Of a DNA stretch of 64,000 nt, positions 46,348-58,500 are shown in pieces. The notes beneath the pieces were generated by a model. The model had not been told where the DNA came from and did no database searches. It saw only the letters and a list, made by a program, of their open reading frames with translations. Source of the stretch: Sporopachydermia quercuum (lineage: Eukaryota). The DNA lies in assembly GCA_001599295.1 (NCBI GenBank), contig BCGN01000007.1:694433-758432 (forward strand), read 5' to 3'. The position numbers and the translations under genes were made by a program. Numbering within the stretch: position 1 is the first letter of the stretch; each line of letters opens with the position of its first letter.

Positions 46348-47421
46348 ATGTTGCTGGATACCAAGAAACATATAGGGTACTTCACGTTCAGCGCTCAAGT
46401 GCTTCAGAGACCTTATCAATCAGAATCAAGTCAGCGTTTGGCTCTAACGCATTTCATACTAGCTTCTTTAGATATTTTAGGAGCTCTGAAACCTGAAGAT
46501 GATTGGGATAAATGGGTTTATGGGCATTTAGTCAATAATGAGGGTTTCAGAGGATCAATGGCTTTATGTCTACCATCACAGCACCAGAAAAGTGAGAACA
46601 CTAATGGATATAACAATTATGATCCTCCTTCCCTGTCAGGTACTTATGCAGCTTTATGTCTGCTAGCAGAACTTAAAAGTGACCTTTTATCAACACTAGA
46701 TAGAGTGGCTATCATGAGATATGTTCGTAAGTGCCAAAGAGCAGATGGTAGTTTTATGTCTTTCATGCAGGAAAGCACTATCACATCCAACAACGGAGAA
46801 AGAGATCTACGATATAGTTTAATGGCTATATCGATCAGAAATATTCTGTACTTTTCCAGAAAAAAAATTATTCTGCCTAAAGATGTAGATATAAATGTTG
46901 ACGCAGCAGCTGAATACATATTATCTTCAAGGAATTATGGCGGAGGATTTGGGCTCAATGAATATGGTGAAGGACATGCNGGCATGACGTTTTGTGGGAT
47001 AGCTGCTTTAGCAATGCTAGGGAAACTTGAAGGAAATTGGATACATGATACAATTAGATGGCTTGCATATAGGGAAAACACTTTTGGTGGTGTTAATGGA
47101 AGAGATAATAAACCTGCAGATACCTGTTACTCCTTCTGGGTCTTAGGATCATTAGCTTTGTTGAAAGCAGACAATGTGATAGATAAAAAGAAACTAAGGG
47201 AGTTTCTACTGGAGAATACACAGAATTCAACAATCGGCGGATTTGGGAAAACAGAGGAAGATCTGCCTGACGTTTTCCATAGTTTCTTGGGATTGTGTGC
47301 TGTTTCTTTATGCAGGAATGAAGAAGATGAAGGAAAACTGAAAACGATAGATCCCAAGTTAGTTTTATCGGAAGATGCTGTTGATTTTCTTAGTAAAATT
47401 GTCTGGGGGAAGAATGATTGA
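46348..47421 (+). CDS. CDC43: Geranylgeranyltransferase type I beta subunit
   Basis: Prenyltransferase repeats, GRDNKPADTCYSFW, PDVFHSFLGL; adjacent to AMS1 as in S. cerevisiae. Start probably 46348 (MLLDTKKH); an in-frame ATG also exists at 46204. Confidence 0.85.
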   Translation: MLLDTKKHIGYFTFSAQVLQRPYQSESSQRLALTHFILASLDILGALKPEDDWDKWVYGHLVNNEGFRGSMALCLPSQHQKSENTNGYNNYDPPSLSGTYAALCLLAELKSDLLSTLDRVAIMRYVRKCQRADGSFMSFMQESTITSNNGERDLRYSLMAISIRNILYFSRKKIILPKDVDINVDAAAEYILSSRNYGGGFGLNEYGEGHXGMTFCGIAALAMLGKLEGNWIHDTIRWLAYRENTFGGVNGRDNKPADTCYSFWVLGSLALLKADNVIDKKKLREFLLENTQNSTIGGFGKTEEDLPDVFHSFLGLCAVSLCRNEEDEGKLKTIDPKLVLSEDAVDFLSKIVWGKND

Positions 47422-47735
47422 TGTGAAATAAGTGCATATATACATGTATAGATAATTAATGACAATGGTAGTAATAATATTCATCTTGGACACGTTAAAT
47501 ATTTAAAGGTTTCGCAACCATTGAGTTCAAACATTCAACGCATATAGTACGCTCAGCGTCATATATCGCTAGATAATTCCTTCCATTTAGATTTTTACTC
47601 ATAATCTACATAATCTAATCTACTGATTGTTCATTTGACTTTCTCTATCATATAATCATGCGGTCATTCATTCGTAAGCCAATAAACTTGATAGCATAAA
47701 TCCTCATATAAAAGTATAAAAGTATAAAAATAATG

Positions 47736-47745
47736 TATTTACAGG
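47736..47745 (-). promoter_or_regulatory. Puf3-binding element in the carrier gene 3'UTR
   Basis: Minus strand CCTGTAAATA, about 75 nt after the stop. Confidence 0.65.
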
Positions 47746-47818
47746 TACCTTTTTCTTTCTTCCTCTCCGACTCATTTCATAAAAAACTTTCAAATCGTAA
47801 CTCCCAATCAAAATCTAT

Positions 47819-48760
47819 TTAGAATACTCTTAATAGTTCTTCATAAATGCACCAGGAAATTCCTGCTGCTAAAATTTTTCTAGTCAGTCGAAGACTTAGT
47901 CCATCAAATAGATGCCTAAATCCTTCCTGTTTTATAATTCTAGCTGTTGTAACAAAAAAAGTTGTATTTGTTGNTGGTCCCAGCTGCATGCGTGTCTTTA
48001 TAACATCAAAGGGGCCCGTTATTGAAGTTGCTAGTCCGGCTGCCAAAGCAGCAGATCCCGTATTAACAAATGCTGATGTACTATGCGAGAAATACCCATT
48101 ACCTTCTCTACGGAAATGTAAAAGCACGGGAAGCCCAACCTTCAGCTTTTCATATAATAAAACATACAATCCTGCATATGGTGCATCTCTTAAAGTAGTA
48201 GCTCCAAAACCTGTGAAAAATCCTTTCAATCCTTCAGTTTTCCATATATCTCTAACCGCTGATGATAGTGACGTATAATGATATAGGGATGATTCAAATC
48301 TAACTTTCAAAACTGTCAAAGGCATAGCAATAAACCCAACAGTTGTTCTTGCCACAGCTCCTACAGCTAAATTTTCCATAATTCCGAGCTTTGGCAATGT
48401 TGACGACGATAGATACTGCGCTGCATTCTTTTCTCTATTTGCTTTCAATCCGGCTAAATATGACCTTGACGAGCTCAAGGTAGTTAGATACAATGCTGAA
48501 CCAATAGATGTTCGCAGAGCTGATGGTAACGTACCACGCCATAGGCCAGATATTCCGTTCAGGTTCTTGAATGTATCTAATAGGCTTGATGATTTTTGTT
48601 GTTGTAATCTAGTTTTTAACAGGTCCAATGGCTGTAGAAGGACCGCCGATGCCATCCCCGAGGTGAAACCTGCCATCATATGCTTCCGTGGAGATAGCTT
48701 CTCCTTAACTACAGAAACTGCAGCTGATTCAACTTTGATAGCAGCCAGTTCACCTGCCAT
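47819..48760 (-). CDS. HEM25: Mitochondrial carrier, SLC25A38/Hem25 glycine-carrier type
   Basis: Three carrier repeats ([36 protein letters not shown]), [19 protein letters not shown] and RDAPYAGLY. First ATG at 48760. Confidence 0.82.
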   Translation of the reverse strand: MAGELAAIKVESAAVSVVKEKLSPRKHMMAGFTSGMASAVLLQPLDLLKTRLQQQKSSSLLDTFKNLNGISGLWRGTLPSALRTSIGSALYLTTLSSSRSYLAGLKANREKNAAQYLSSSTLPKLGIMENLAVGAVARTTVGFIAMPLTVLKVRFESSLYHYTSLSSAVRDIWKTEGLKGFFTGFGATTLRDAPYAGLYVLLYEKLKVGLPVLLHFRREGNGYFSHSTSAFVNTGSAALAAGLATSITGPFDVIKTRMQLGPXTNTTFFVTTARIIKQEGFRHLFDGLSLRLTRKILAAGISWCIYEELLRVF

Positions 48761-49496
48761 TTTAAGAATATATAAATTTGAAGACAAATACTGTTGTAGG
48801 CGGAACAGGTCTCTTTGGAGGGGGTAGTAACTTTACAGGAAACTCCTTTGATGAAGAAGAGTAAGCAGGAGATTGAGCCTACTTCTAAGGAGTTTATCTA
48901 CGATTCCTACCGTTGGGTCAGTTATCCATGTGTTGATGATGATACTGCTGGTTTGCATTTTGTGCTTGTTCTCAATTCATCAATGATTTGTTGGTTCAAT
49001 TGAGATGAGTTGCATCATCCTAAAGGGTAACATATTCTGTGCTGGGCTTTTCGATTATGGTGATGACCTCACTGGGATGAGATGTGATGTTTTGATCACT
49101 AATAAATAGGATTAGAGTAGTATAGCAGAAACTGGGATTAAGTACAGAATGCTTATGTTGAGGGAAGCTTAAACAAGAATCGAAGACAGGATGAAAAGGG
49201 AATACAATGAAAATGGATTTGAAATAAAATATAATAGTTGAAAAATCGGTTGTTTATAGGACTGAGTGACGAATCAAAGATGTTTGTGAGCTCAAAGCTG
49301 TGAGGCATGATATACACGTGATCTGGAGTATCAGGAAAGGTCTAACAATGGGAGCTAGCTATTCAGACCTAATGATTCCAGTAAATGATAAGAATGAAAA
49401 GATAATTCTTATTAGCTAATTATACCTGTAAACGTGATCTACTAATTCAATCTTCAAAGCTCACGCAAATGACTGATAGATCGTAGTCAAAACAAC

Positions 49497-50573
49497 TTAA
49501 TATAATGCCGGGAGTTCAAGACTAACAAACCTCGGATGTTCATTGCAGTTTATATTCTCCAAAGCCAACACAACAATATAATCATCACTCAAAACCTCTG
49601 GATAACAATAGATAAATCTCCAATTTTCACTGTCATCAACTTGTTTTAGAAACTTATAGTCTTCATGCCATGTTACATGTGTCTCATAGTAATGACATTC
49701 TTTAATAATAGAAGATGTCATATAATCAGGCGCTGTTGCGTTAGCGATTTCTTCACCCTCTTTGCTGTTTTCCTTTTGAAAATTTACTATATGAAGGTCC
49801 ACATCATCACCATTGAATTTGATAAGGCCCGTACCTATCGCCTTCAGATAAGATTCCTTTAATCCCCAAAGAAGCGAGAAGTTACTTATCGTTGTGTCAA
49901 TAGATTGTTGACCGGACTTCAAACTTTCAAATTCTTCGTAGCTGAATATTGACTTGAAGAGTGCTAATTGGCTTTCAAGAAACTCTTTCAAATCTACGTT
50001 ACCTTTAACACTTGCTTCGTGTTGCTCTGCCCAATTCCGTATTTCGATGNCGTTGGTAATATCGATGCCCACTCTTTTCCGATCAATGGAGAACACATTT
50101 TGTACAAGCCTAGNTTCTTCTCCTTCATATTTTAATTTCCCATCTGTATAAACGGCAGCCAATGTCACCAACTCGTCATAGTTCGAAATATTGAAATCAA
50201 CCAGTCTCCTATCCTCTACTGATCGCCCTGTTTCCTTGCTGTATGCTACGTAATCAAAGTACGGCCTGCCGTTTTTTTCATGTTGTATAAACAAATTCAA
50301 TTGTCGTAATTCAGCAACCAGTCCTTCTTGTCGGGGTGAGAAATTTCTGCATAAATCATAATAGATCACTAGCAATTGAATGATATATGATCCCAAGGTC
50401 AATTTTGCGTCCATCTCATTACCAAGTACATTCTTCTTTAAAAGTACTTTATCTTTTTGCCTTTTCTTCAAAACAGATAGCCACGAATGGAATCCCCGAA
50501 TACTATTCAGCTGTTTCTCAACGTCTAAACAGTATATCAGAACATGATTCTTTTGCTCTTTACCTTCGTTCAT
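49497..50573 (-). CDS. LYS5: 4'-phosphopantetheinyl transferase (Sfp type)
   Basis: NGRPYF, FNISN, VGIDIT and WGLKESYLKAIGTGL motifs; syntenic with CDC43/PEX14. First ATG 50573 (the track start is GTG). Confidence 0.8.
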   Translation of the reverse strand: MNEGKEQKNHVLIYCLDVEKQLNSIRGFHSWLSVLKKRQKDKVLLKKNVLGNEMDAKLTLGSYIIQLLVIYYDLCRNFSPRQEGLVAELRQLNLFIQHEKNGRPYFDYVAYSKETGRSVEDRRLVDFNISNYDELVTLAAVYTDGKLKYEGEEXRLVQNVFSIDRKRVGIDITNXIEIRNWAEQHEASVKGNVDLKEFLESQLALFKSIFSYEEFESLKSGQQSIDTTISNFSLLWGLKESYLKAIGTGLIKFNGDDVDLHIVNFQKENSKEGEEIANATAPDYMTSSIIKECHYYETHVTWHEDYKFLKQVDDSENWRFIYCYPEVLSDDYIVVLALENINCNEHPRFVSLELPALY

Positions 50574-51317
50574 CTTCAACCGGCTAATGCAAGGCTTTAG
50601 GCACACTTAACTAACTATCATTTTCCAAATCTCTCAACAAAATTCCAGAGCAAATTCTACGAAACACTCTCAAAAGGTGAACCCGGGTATACAATCCGTT
50701 TCTCTTTCATCCTAGTATATTTATCATTCGATTATTTTTAATATTCTTGTTATTGAGAACAAGTATGATTGACACATTTTCGGGAAACTCGCAGTTGAAC
50801 AATTAGAGATAGGACAAATAACTTTACGTCTCATTTTGTTTATTACAAAATTCCAAACAGACTTCTTAGCAGACTCTCTTTCTCAGGGTCTCCTGAATCC
50901 TTTTTTAACCTCGGTTACATTTGCCGTATTAAGCGAACCCCATTCTTTAATGCCAGTTGAGCTTTTCACACAATTTAGGCAGGGCTTANTGATGATATTA
51001 ATAAGACAAAGATAGAAGCACTACACTAGTGAACTAGTAAGTATCGATGTGCTGAGAGGATCTTTGGGAAAGATTGAATAAGATTTGAATGTAGATATTT
51101 TTTGGTAGATTTTGGGCGATATATACCAATACTCTGATTAGTATCTCACAGAACAAACTATCAGGTTCAATATTAGCAACCACATCATTTTATATGGTGA
51201 TTTGACTGACGAAATATCATAACAATTGAGTGAAGTTTTGAGGTTTTACGAGATCTAGTGATCGTGTTTTAACTGGAATAGAAAAGGAAGACTGTGTTGA
51301 ATCTACGAATAAACAAC

Positions 51318-52340
51318 ATGAGTTCTGCCCTTAGAGAAGAGTTAATCAACTCAGCTGTCTCTTTCTTACAAGATCCTCAAGTTGCAGGATCTTCTCTAGC
51401 TAAGAGAGTTCAGTTTTTAGAATCCAAAGAATTAAATGAAGCAGAGATTCAAGAAGCACTAAGAAGGGCTCAACAACAACAACAACCACATGTTCGCCCT
51501 ACAAATTCTAATGGATACGAANCATCACCATCATACCCGCCTTTGCCCGTGTCCCAAATGCTGGCACCACCACCATTGCCTGATAGAAACTGGAAAGATT
51601 ATTTTGTGATGGCAACAGTTTCCGTAGGAGTTACGTATGGTTTGTATGAATTATACAAACGATATGTGGAACCTGTGATTGTTCCTCCTTCAAGGTCAGG
51701 CTTAGAGTCAGACAAAGAGGCAATCGAAGAAGAATTTGACAAGATTGAAGCTAAACTCGAAGAGATGTCCTTAGTCACTAAAGGTATTNAAGAACATAAT
51801 GATGAAGAGAATGAAAAAATCGAATCCACAATCAAATCTATTGAGTCTGTATTAGAACTAATCAAGATGAAAGTTCACAAGACTGATGAAGACATACATA
51901 ATACGAAACTTGAAGTTCAAAACTTGAAGTTTTCTTTGGAGAAGAACAACGAGAAACAAAGCAACATAATAACTTCTGAGATGGAGTCGATTCAAAATGA
52001 GTTGAGGTCCTTAAAATCTTTAATTAATACAAGAAGAAGCTCAACTACTACGACTTCATCATATGCCGTTCCCCCAGCTTCATCCATTCCCAGCGTCAGT
52101 GATATATTAAAACAGCGCAATGAACACAGCACTNCCAATGCTAATGGAACTGCCTCCAGTTCTAACAGCAGCAGCTCTGCAAGTGAAGATGCTGCAAACA
52201 CTGCTAAAACAGTTCAAGCCACCTCCGAGACATCTATCACCCCTACGGCAACAACAACTACTATACCAGAATCAGTTACAGGAAGTGTTAACAGAGCTGG
52301 AATTCCTGCTTGGCAAATGGCTGCTAGATCTGATAATTAG
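51318..52340 (+). CDS. PEX14: Peroxisomal docking protein Pex14
   Basis: REELINSAVSFLQDP...KRVQFLESKEL..EIQEAL, RNWKDYFVMAT hydrophobic segment, coiled coil, C-terminal IPAWQ. Confidence 0.94.
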   Translation: MSSALREELINSAVSFLQDPQVAGSSLAKRVQFLESKELNEAEIQEALRRAQQQQQPHVRPTNSNGYEXSPSYPPLPVSQMLAPPPLPDRNWKDYFVMATVSVGVTYGLYELYKRYVEPVIVPPSRSGLESDKEAIEEEFDKIEAKLEEMSLVTKGIXEHNDEENEKIESTIKSIESVLELIKMKVHKTDEDIHNTKLEVQNLKFSLEKNNEKQSNIITSEMESIQNELRSLKSLINTRRSSTTTTSSYAVPPASSIPSVSDILKQRNEHSTXNANGTASSSNSSSSASEDAANTAKTVQATSETSITPTATTTTIPESVTGSVNRAGIPAWQMAARSDN

Positions 52341-53151
52341 TCATAAATATATCCTAGTGATTTTCCGTATACGATTATGATTAAACTTTAATGTTTTACG
52401 ATAAGTCCATTAGTAGCCTTCTTTCCATTTTTTTTTTAGATTTTTTTATTTTGCTTATATTTACTGGTTACTCATCAGCGCGTACTGGTTTCTCTTTTAT
52501 AGAAGACTTTCCCTACCATAATAATCAGACATACTTTAAAATCAACACATATAACCATAAGTAATCTCTATTTATTCCGAGAGCTAAGTTTCTAAAGTAC
52601 AACATGCAACCAACAACATATAACCATTTCAATCTATTATATATTAGTCATCATAACCAAAAAATTATCCCGACGAGAAACCATTCCTATATACTTTTAC
52701 TTCTATCTTCTATGAAATACACCTTTCTAGACATCAATGCATTAAATGACCCTTTCCAATCAGTTCCCTTCATCTCGTGCTATCAGCACTTTATTCAACA
52801 TCCTATTCGTCATTATCATCTTCTTTTCCTCAACATTTTCATGTTGAACATCAACCACAAAGTAATCCTTCAGATAACACAAAAGCTAATAAACCACCAA
52901 GAACACAAAAAACAAAATAAAGAAAAAAAAGCTCATTTCACAAGAGCTAAAGAGACAAGCAAACACAAAAATTCGATAAAATTCAAAGGTAGAATAAACA
53001 GTAAAAAAAAAAGATGACAAAGAAATAACGAGCAATAAGATTATGAATAAATAGGATTGAAGCTTTGAAGCAAAGAAGAAAAAGGAAAGCCAAAATCAAC
53101 AATTAAAAAAGCAGGAAATTAATAACGCAGTAAACAAAAACGTATGCCATC

Positions 53152-53186
53152 CCAATCACCAATCACCAATCACCAATCACCAATCA
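53152..53186. repeat. (CCAATCA)x5 heptamer repeat
   Basis: Five perfect copies. Confidence 0.92.
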
Positions 53187-53229
53187 CCACCGCCATTACC
53201 ACTAACATTCATAACAATAAGAGGAACCC

Positions 53230-53256
53230 TCAATCAATCAATCAATCAATCAATCA
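53230..53256. repeat. (TCAA)n microsatellite, about 6.5 copies
   Basis: tcaatcaatcaatcaatcaatcaatca. Confidence 0.9.
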
Positions 53257-53339
53257 TAGTATCTCAAACACTTTCATCAATATCAACAGAATTAAAACAT
53301 CANCGGTTTTAATTTAATTCCTCCTCTAATCTATGTATT

Positions 53340-54269
53340 TCACCAGCCTTGAAATCCATCACCAATAATCAACTTGTTATCGGCCCCCAATTTGTTATTA
53401 ACACCGCCGAGCTTGAAATCTTGAAGGCTGAAATTGAAATTGAATTCATCGCTAGATTTAGCTAATGGCGATAATAAACTCAATGAATAATTACTATTCA
53501 TTCCCAAAGAATTAAACCCTCCTGAGCTTACACTTGAGCCGTTAGAGACCATTGAAGCAATTGAGGAAGATAAATCACTGTTACTACCAGTTAATCCTGG
53601 CCCACTGGCACCAGACAAACTTCCAGAGGCAGTAGCACTGACACCGTTATTGCCAATGACACTTGAAGAGGGATTAGCCCAGAAATTCATATCATTACCT
53701 AAAGGAGTACCCATAGGACCAATAGTAGGATTCAAACTAGAATAGCGTGAATTTTGACCTAATGATAATTGTTGATGAGCCAAATTGTTGACATGATTAG
53801 AACCTGAAACACGTGAAGCGCCATTATGTTGCTGTTGCTGATGTTGATTATTAGATGTTTTGGAAATTTGGTCTAAAAGATTATTTCCATTATTGTTTGT
53901 AGAAGAAGTTGTACTGTTATTAGACCCTGAAAAGTTCATCATCAAATCTGGTTGTTGTTGATATTGATTATGTCCATATGACAGAGACTGAGAATGTGTG
54001 ATATTCTGGCCTTGTAACTGACCTTGAGATGGATTATTCTGATAAGAATACATCATGTCTGAAGGAGAAGAAGTAGTACCATGTTGTTTGAACTTTCTAG
54101 TATGGGTAACACCAGAGTTGCTGTAAGAGTATCCATTTTGATTATACTTCTGCTTATTGGTATGCTCATTAAACTTTTTTATTGCTTTCTCAACTTCTTC
54201 AAACTGTGAAGCAAATGCCAAATTATAAGCCAAATTATCTTGTTTCTTCATTAGTTCTAATTCAGTCAT
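53340..54269 (-). CDS. Uncharacterised N/Q/S/G-rich low-complexity protein (309 aa)
   Basis: 930-nt ORF in AT-rich DNA, AAAATG start context, no overlap with other genes; no family recognised. Confidence 0.75.
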   Translation of the reverse strand: MTELELMKKQDNLAYNLAFASQFEEVEKAIKKFNEHTNKQKYNQNGYSYSNSGVTHTRKFKQHGTTSSPSDMMYSYQNNPSQGQLQGQNITHSQSLSYGHNQYQQQPDLMMNFSGSNNSTTSSTNNNGNNLLDQISKTSNNQHQQQQHNGASRVSGSNHVNNLAHQQLSLGQNSRYSSLNPTIGPMGTPLGNDMNFWANPSSSVIGNNGVSATASGSLSGASGPGLTGSNSDLSSSIASMVSNGSSVSSGGFNSLGMNSNYSLSLLSPLAKSSDEFNFNFSLQDFKLGGVNNKLGADNKLIIGDGFQGW

Positions 54270-55592
54270 TTTGTTTTCAGCATACTACTCTATTATCTGA
54301 CAAATTGTGATGATCTGCTCACTAAAAAGTACTCTGTATCTATCTTTATTCTCTTTCCTTTCCCTTTTATTTTTCCCCTAAAGATGTTTTCCTATCCTAT
54401 CCAATTTTTTCCTNATGATTTCATGAGGATCGTATGTTTGCTATTATATTTTAAAGTATTATAATACTAATAATGAATAAGATTTTAGATGATAGAAATA
54501 ACACACTTGCATACAATGTTCAAAATGTATACAACAATGCAAGAACAAATAAAAAATAAAAAAACTCCAGTCTATTCAAATTTCTTCAAACATATACTGT
54601 CAGNTTATAACAAAACCACTTTTGATGCTTAATAAATAAATACTTTTCTCGATTTTGATACATATAATCATGTATAATATCTACTATTTACTTTTTCACC
54701 AACAAATGAACAATAGAAAACAAATGAAAAGAAGAGAAAAAAAATTTATTCAGGTAGGAAAAACTTTCAGTCTCGCGAATGTCCGACATAGAAGAAACCG
54801 GGATGTGAGTCTTCAGAGGATCCCCTTCAGTTGCTTTGGCGGAACATCAGAGATAATATAATGATAGAAAACTGTGAGTTAGAACGGATGATAAGCAAGG
54901 AGTTTTATAGGATTTAAGTAATAAAAGGGTTGGAAATAAGTTTGAAAGAGAAGAATTCATTGAAGAATCAATCAGACATCACATGACATCGCATCTCCTC
55001 CTGAGTTTTAGTAGGAAGTCCCTATCACTAAAGGTCTGAAATATAAGTGTCTTTCGACAAACTTGACATGACAATTACCTATTTTCTATGAAAGTCGTTT
55101 TTCATAATTAAGTAGGTTAATTACTAATTATAAACCCTGAAATCTTGCTGAATATGCGACACTTTTAGTCTTTTTTAAACATAATTGATGCTTGCATTCA
55201 ATAGCTCTATTTCTTCTCAGGACCTTAGCAATTTAGACCCTCAAATTATCACCCTATCACCCTCGGATCTAACATTAAATCTCACTCTTCTCTGGCTACT
55301 ACCATCGGATGTTCCCTTTTTTCCGCAACTTCGCTTTTTCTGATCCGAAATAACTCAATTTTCAGTATTAAAGTACANATTAACCCAATCTCAACGCTGC
55401 CTACTCAAATTTCCATTAATTCCAAACCGTTTTCCTGCTGAAAGCTCCACCAACAATCAATCAGTATTTGCTTTCACTCATTCTGTGTATCATCACATCT
55501 ATTCCCGATCAGTAATCGGAACAGGAGACTCAGTCGGCTCGGAACCAATAGAGGTCTCGGGCCAATTGCTTAAATAGGACCATCGACTATCA

Positions 55593-58500
55593 ATGACTAC
55601 CGTATCCGATCTCCGAGCTCTTGTTGTGACATGTCTGAACCGAAGGTCTCTTCCTTCTACTTTCCGATACTACTACGAATACATTGACGAAAAGAAGAAT
55701 ATCACCCAAGATGACATAATTGAAGTTTTCATGAAAAATAGCAACGGTTCATCCGATGGAAAAGACGTTGATTTGTTCGATCCGCTCGAACTTCGGTACA
55801 TTGTCGACTTGTCTCTCGGCGAGCCTCGGTCTGTTATAGGATTAGCCAATCTTTTATTCTTAACCTCTTACAGTACATATACCAAACGTCAGGCATTACT
55901 ATACTTAATAGCAAAGTCACTAGACCATACGAATCCGAAACTGAGCTCTGGATTGAACCAGGTTTTAGTGTTTATGATTAAATTAATGTCATCTACTCGG
56001 GTTGACGATTTTTCACGGAATTACCGAGAGGGAAAGATCAATCCAGATGAGATTGAAGATTTAAACGCTTTCGGAACTTTTCTACGGGAGCTTTTATCTA
56101 AACTAGCGGCAATGGACATAAATCGGAGTGGATTACTTCCGTTATATTCCGCTTCATTTGCTTCCTCTTTGAAGAATTTCTTAGGCTGTACAACATTATT
56201 CAATAAGTCATTAGCTGGAGATATCCGGAGTATGTATTTACTGTTTCGGCCTGACGGATCAAATTCGGCAACCAGCACAAACCTAGTCGGGGATATAGAT
56301 TCGAATATTAAACCTCCTCGAATCGGATTAAACACATCGCCGAACGTTTCAAGGGTCCAACGGCTTATATGGCTTTTAGAGCATTCATACTCGTCTAAAT
56401 TGCCTGATTTGGACCTAGCAACCCAACTGAAGACCTTTCTTCCGGATAATAGACCCGAATTTGTCACCACGGAGCTTATCCGGACTTTTTTTGATGCTTT
56501 AGCCGTGGCTCTAGTCCGCCAAGAGTCTACCCAATCCATAACATGCTGGAAAACCTTAGTTTGCAAACGGTTACCTTTATTCATTGATCGGTACTTTAGG
56601 CCGACTAATTTAGAACACTGCATAACCACGGCTATTCAAAACCTTGATTCAAAAACATTATCCTTATTTAAAGCCGCCAACGGCGCCGATGTTCTAGACG
56701 AGATGTTTAGCGGGTTCTCAGCGACAGCCGATGCTGACTTCCGACACGACTTCATCCGATCTTTCATCCAATTAGGTTTACTACCGAAGGAGTCCTTTGC
56801 CAGAATCACCGATTGGATCTCNCCTACGAGTAAATCTAGATCCCTTTCCGGTTTGACCCGTCCCGATGATGATTCCTTATCTCGCGATAGAGCGAACTCC
56901 TTTGCTTCGGATCTTACCGCCCAATTGAAAATCTCCGACCAGGTTTTCGACCAGAATGGCAACTTAATTGACGTGGAGCCTTTCCTGCGATCAGCTGCTG
57001 AAGCCAACCCAGAATTCATCCCATTAGCAGATTCGGGGCTCATGGTCATTTTTGAATTACTGGAGAAAATATCCGCCACTAAACAAGAACTCGTAGGCAA
57101 AATTGTAATTGAACTTATTGAAAAATTTGTTAACAATAATGATAGCGCTCGTTTACGTCGTTTGTGTTTAGCTTTAGCGCTCAACCCTTCAGCCGCCGAT
57201 GTATTAATATGTTATTATCCAGTGCCTCGGTTATTTGGTCCTTTATTAACATTTCTTGATGAATGGAAAGACGATGAAGAGGAAACTAATTTTCAAGACG
57301 CATATGCAGATTTTGGCTGCGTTTTCTTATTTTTAATCTTCTTTTTAAAACGATGGGATTTTTCGTTACCTGATTTAGTTGCTGTTGATGAGAAGGTAGG
57401 AGAGAATAGCGGCGAAAATGCTGGGAATAATGGAAATAATGTGGATAATGGTAATAGCGGCAATCACGTACCAAACCTTAATCTGGACCCTAGTTTTAGT
57501 CCCAGTTTAAAGTTTCCGGGCTCGAGTTTAGGGTTTGATTCTGGCATCGGCTTCGGCGTCGATTCAGGATTTCCTTCTACCTATTCAACAGATTACGCCA
57601 CAACTTCGGTGTCGACTTCAGCCATAGTGACAAACTCAGCCGCATCTTCGNAATTTACCGCGAAAGGTGCTTTTCTAGTTGAGTATTTAGCGCGCTTAGG
57701 CGAACCGTATCCCCTCAATTCCCTTAGCCCCAGCAGTAACGCTCTGCTTGGTGATTGGATCTCAGCTCTTTTTGACCAGGGCGGAATATCCGACGATTTA
57801 ATGCGAAGATCCTCGGCTAAAGATTGCTTCCGCTTAGTGCCGACTATTTTCCAACAAGCTTTATTAGGTTGCCGCAAAGGTATAATGGATATTGACACTC
57901 TAAAAGGCGGGTTAGAGTATTTTTTACAGCCATTTCTACTAGGAACAATTGTTGGGGCATTTGCATGGTTACAAGACTGTTTGTGGAAGCAACAAGATGT
58001 CGGATTAGTGGTGCAGATTCTCCGGACGTTGGCAATGCCGGTTGATTTATCTGGCGATGCCCCGCATATCCATCGACTAGTATTAGCGATTTGCGGACCG
58101 GGGATATTTGGGGTTTTGAACGAGTTTATGGATTCGGGAGCTCCGTCTCCGTATCAAGCGCAAGCATCGCAAGGAGTAGACGAGGAGCTTTTAGATGTCT
58201 TCCGGCCGTGGGTAGAATCGGGATCTGTTCCGATATCTGCCGATCATCGGAACTTCCGGAGTCAAACGGTACTTGAAGTTATCCGGAACAGTGCCAAGAT
58301 TTCACTTACGCATTATTTGCGGAGTGTGGCTCCGGGATCCTGGTCCCGAACTGGACCTTCTCCAGGTCAAAATACGGCTAGTATTTCCGGCCCCGGGTCC
58401 ATGTCCATCTCCCGTACAGGCACCGGTACTGGGACCGGGGGCTCAAACCTGATGTATAAATCTGGAAGTTTAGCCATCCCGGGAGTCTCCGGAACCGGAA

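Noticed and set aside
50989..51055. Box C (nTGATGA) and box D (CTGA) pair suggesting a C/D snoRNA
   Set aside because: No terminal stem and no convincing rRNA-complementary guide that I could identify.
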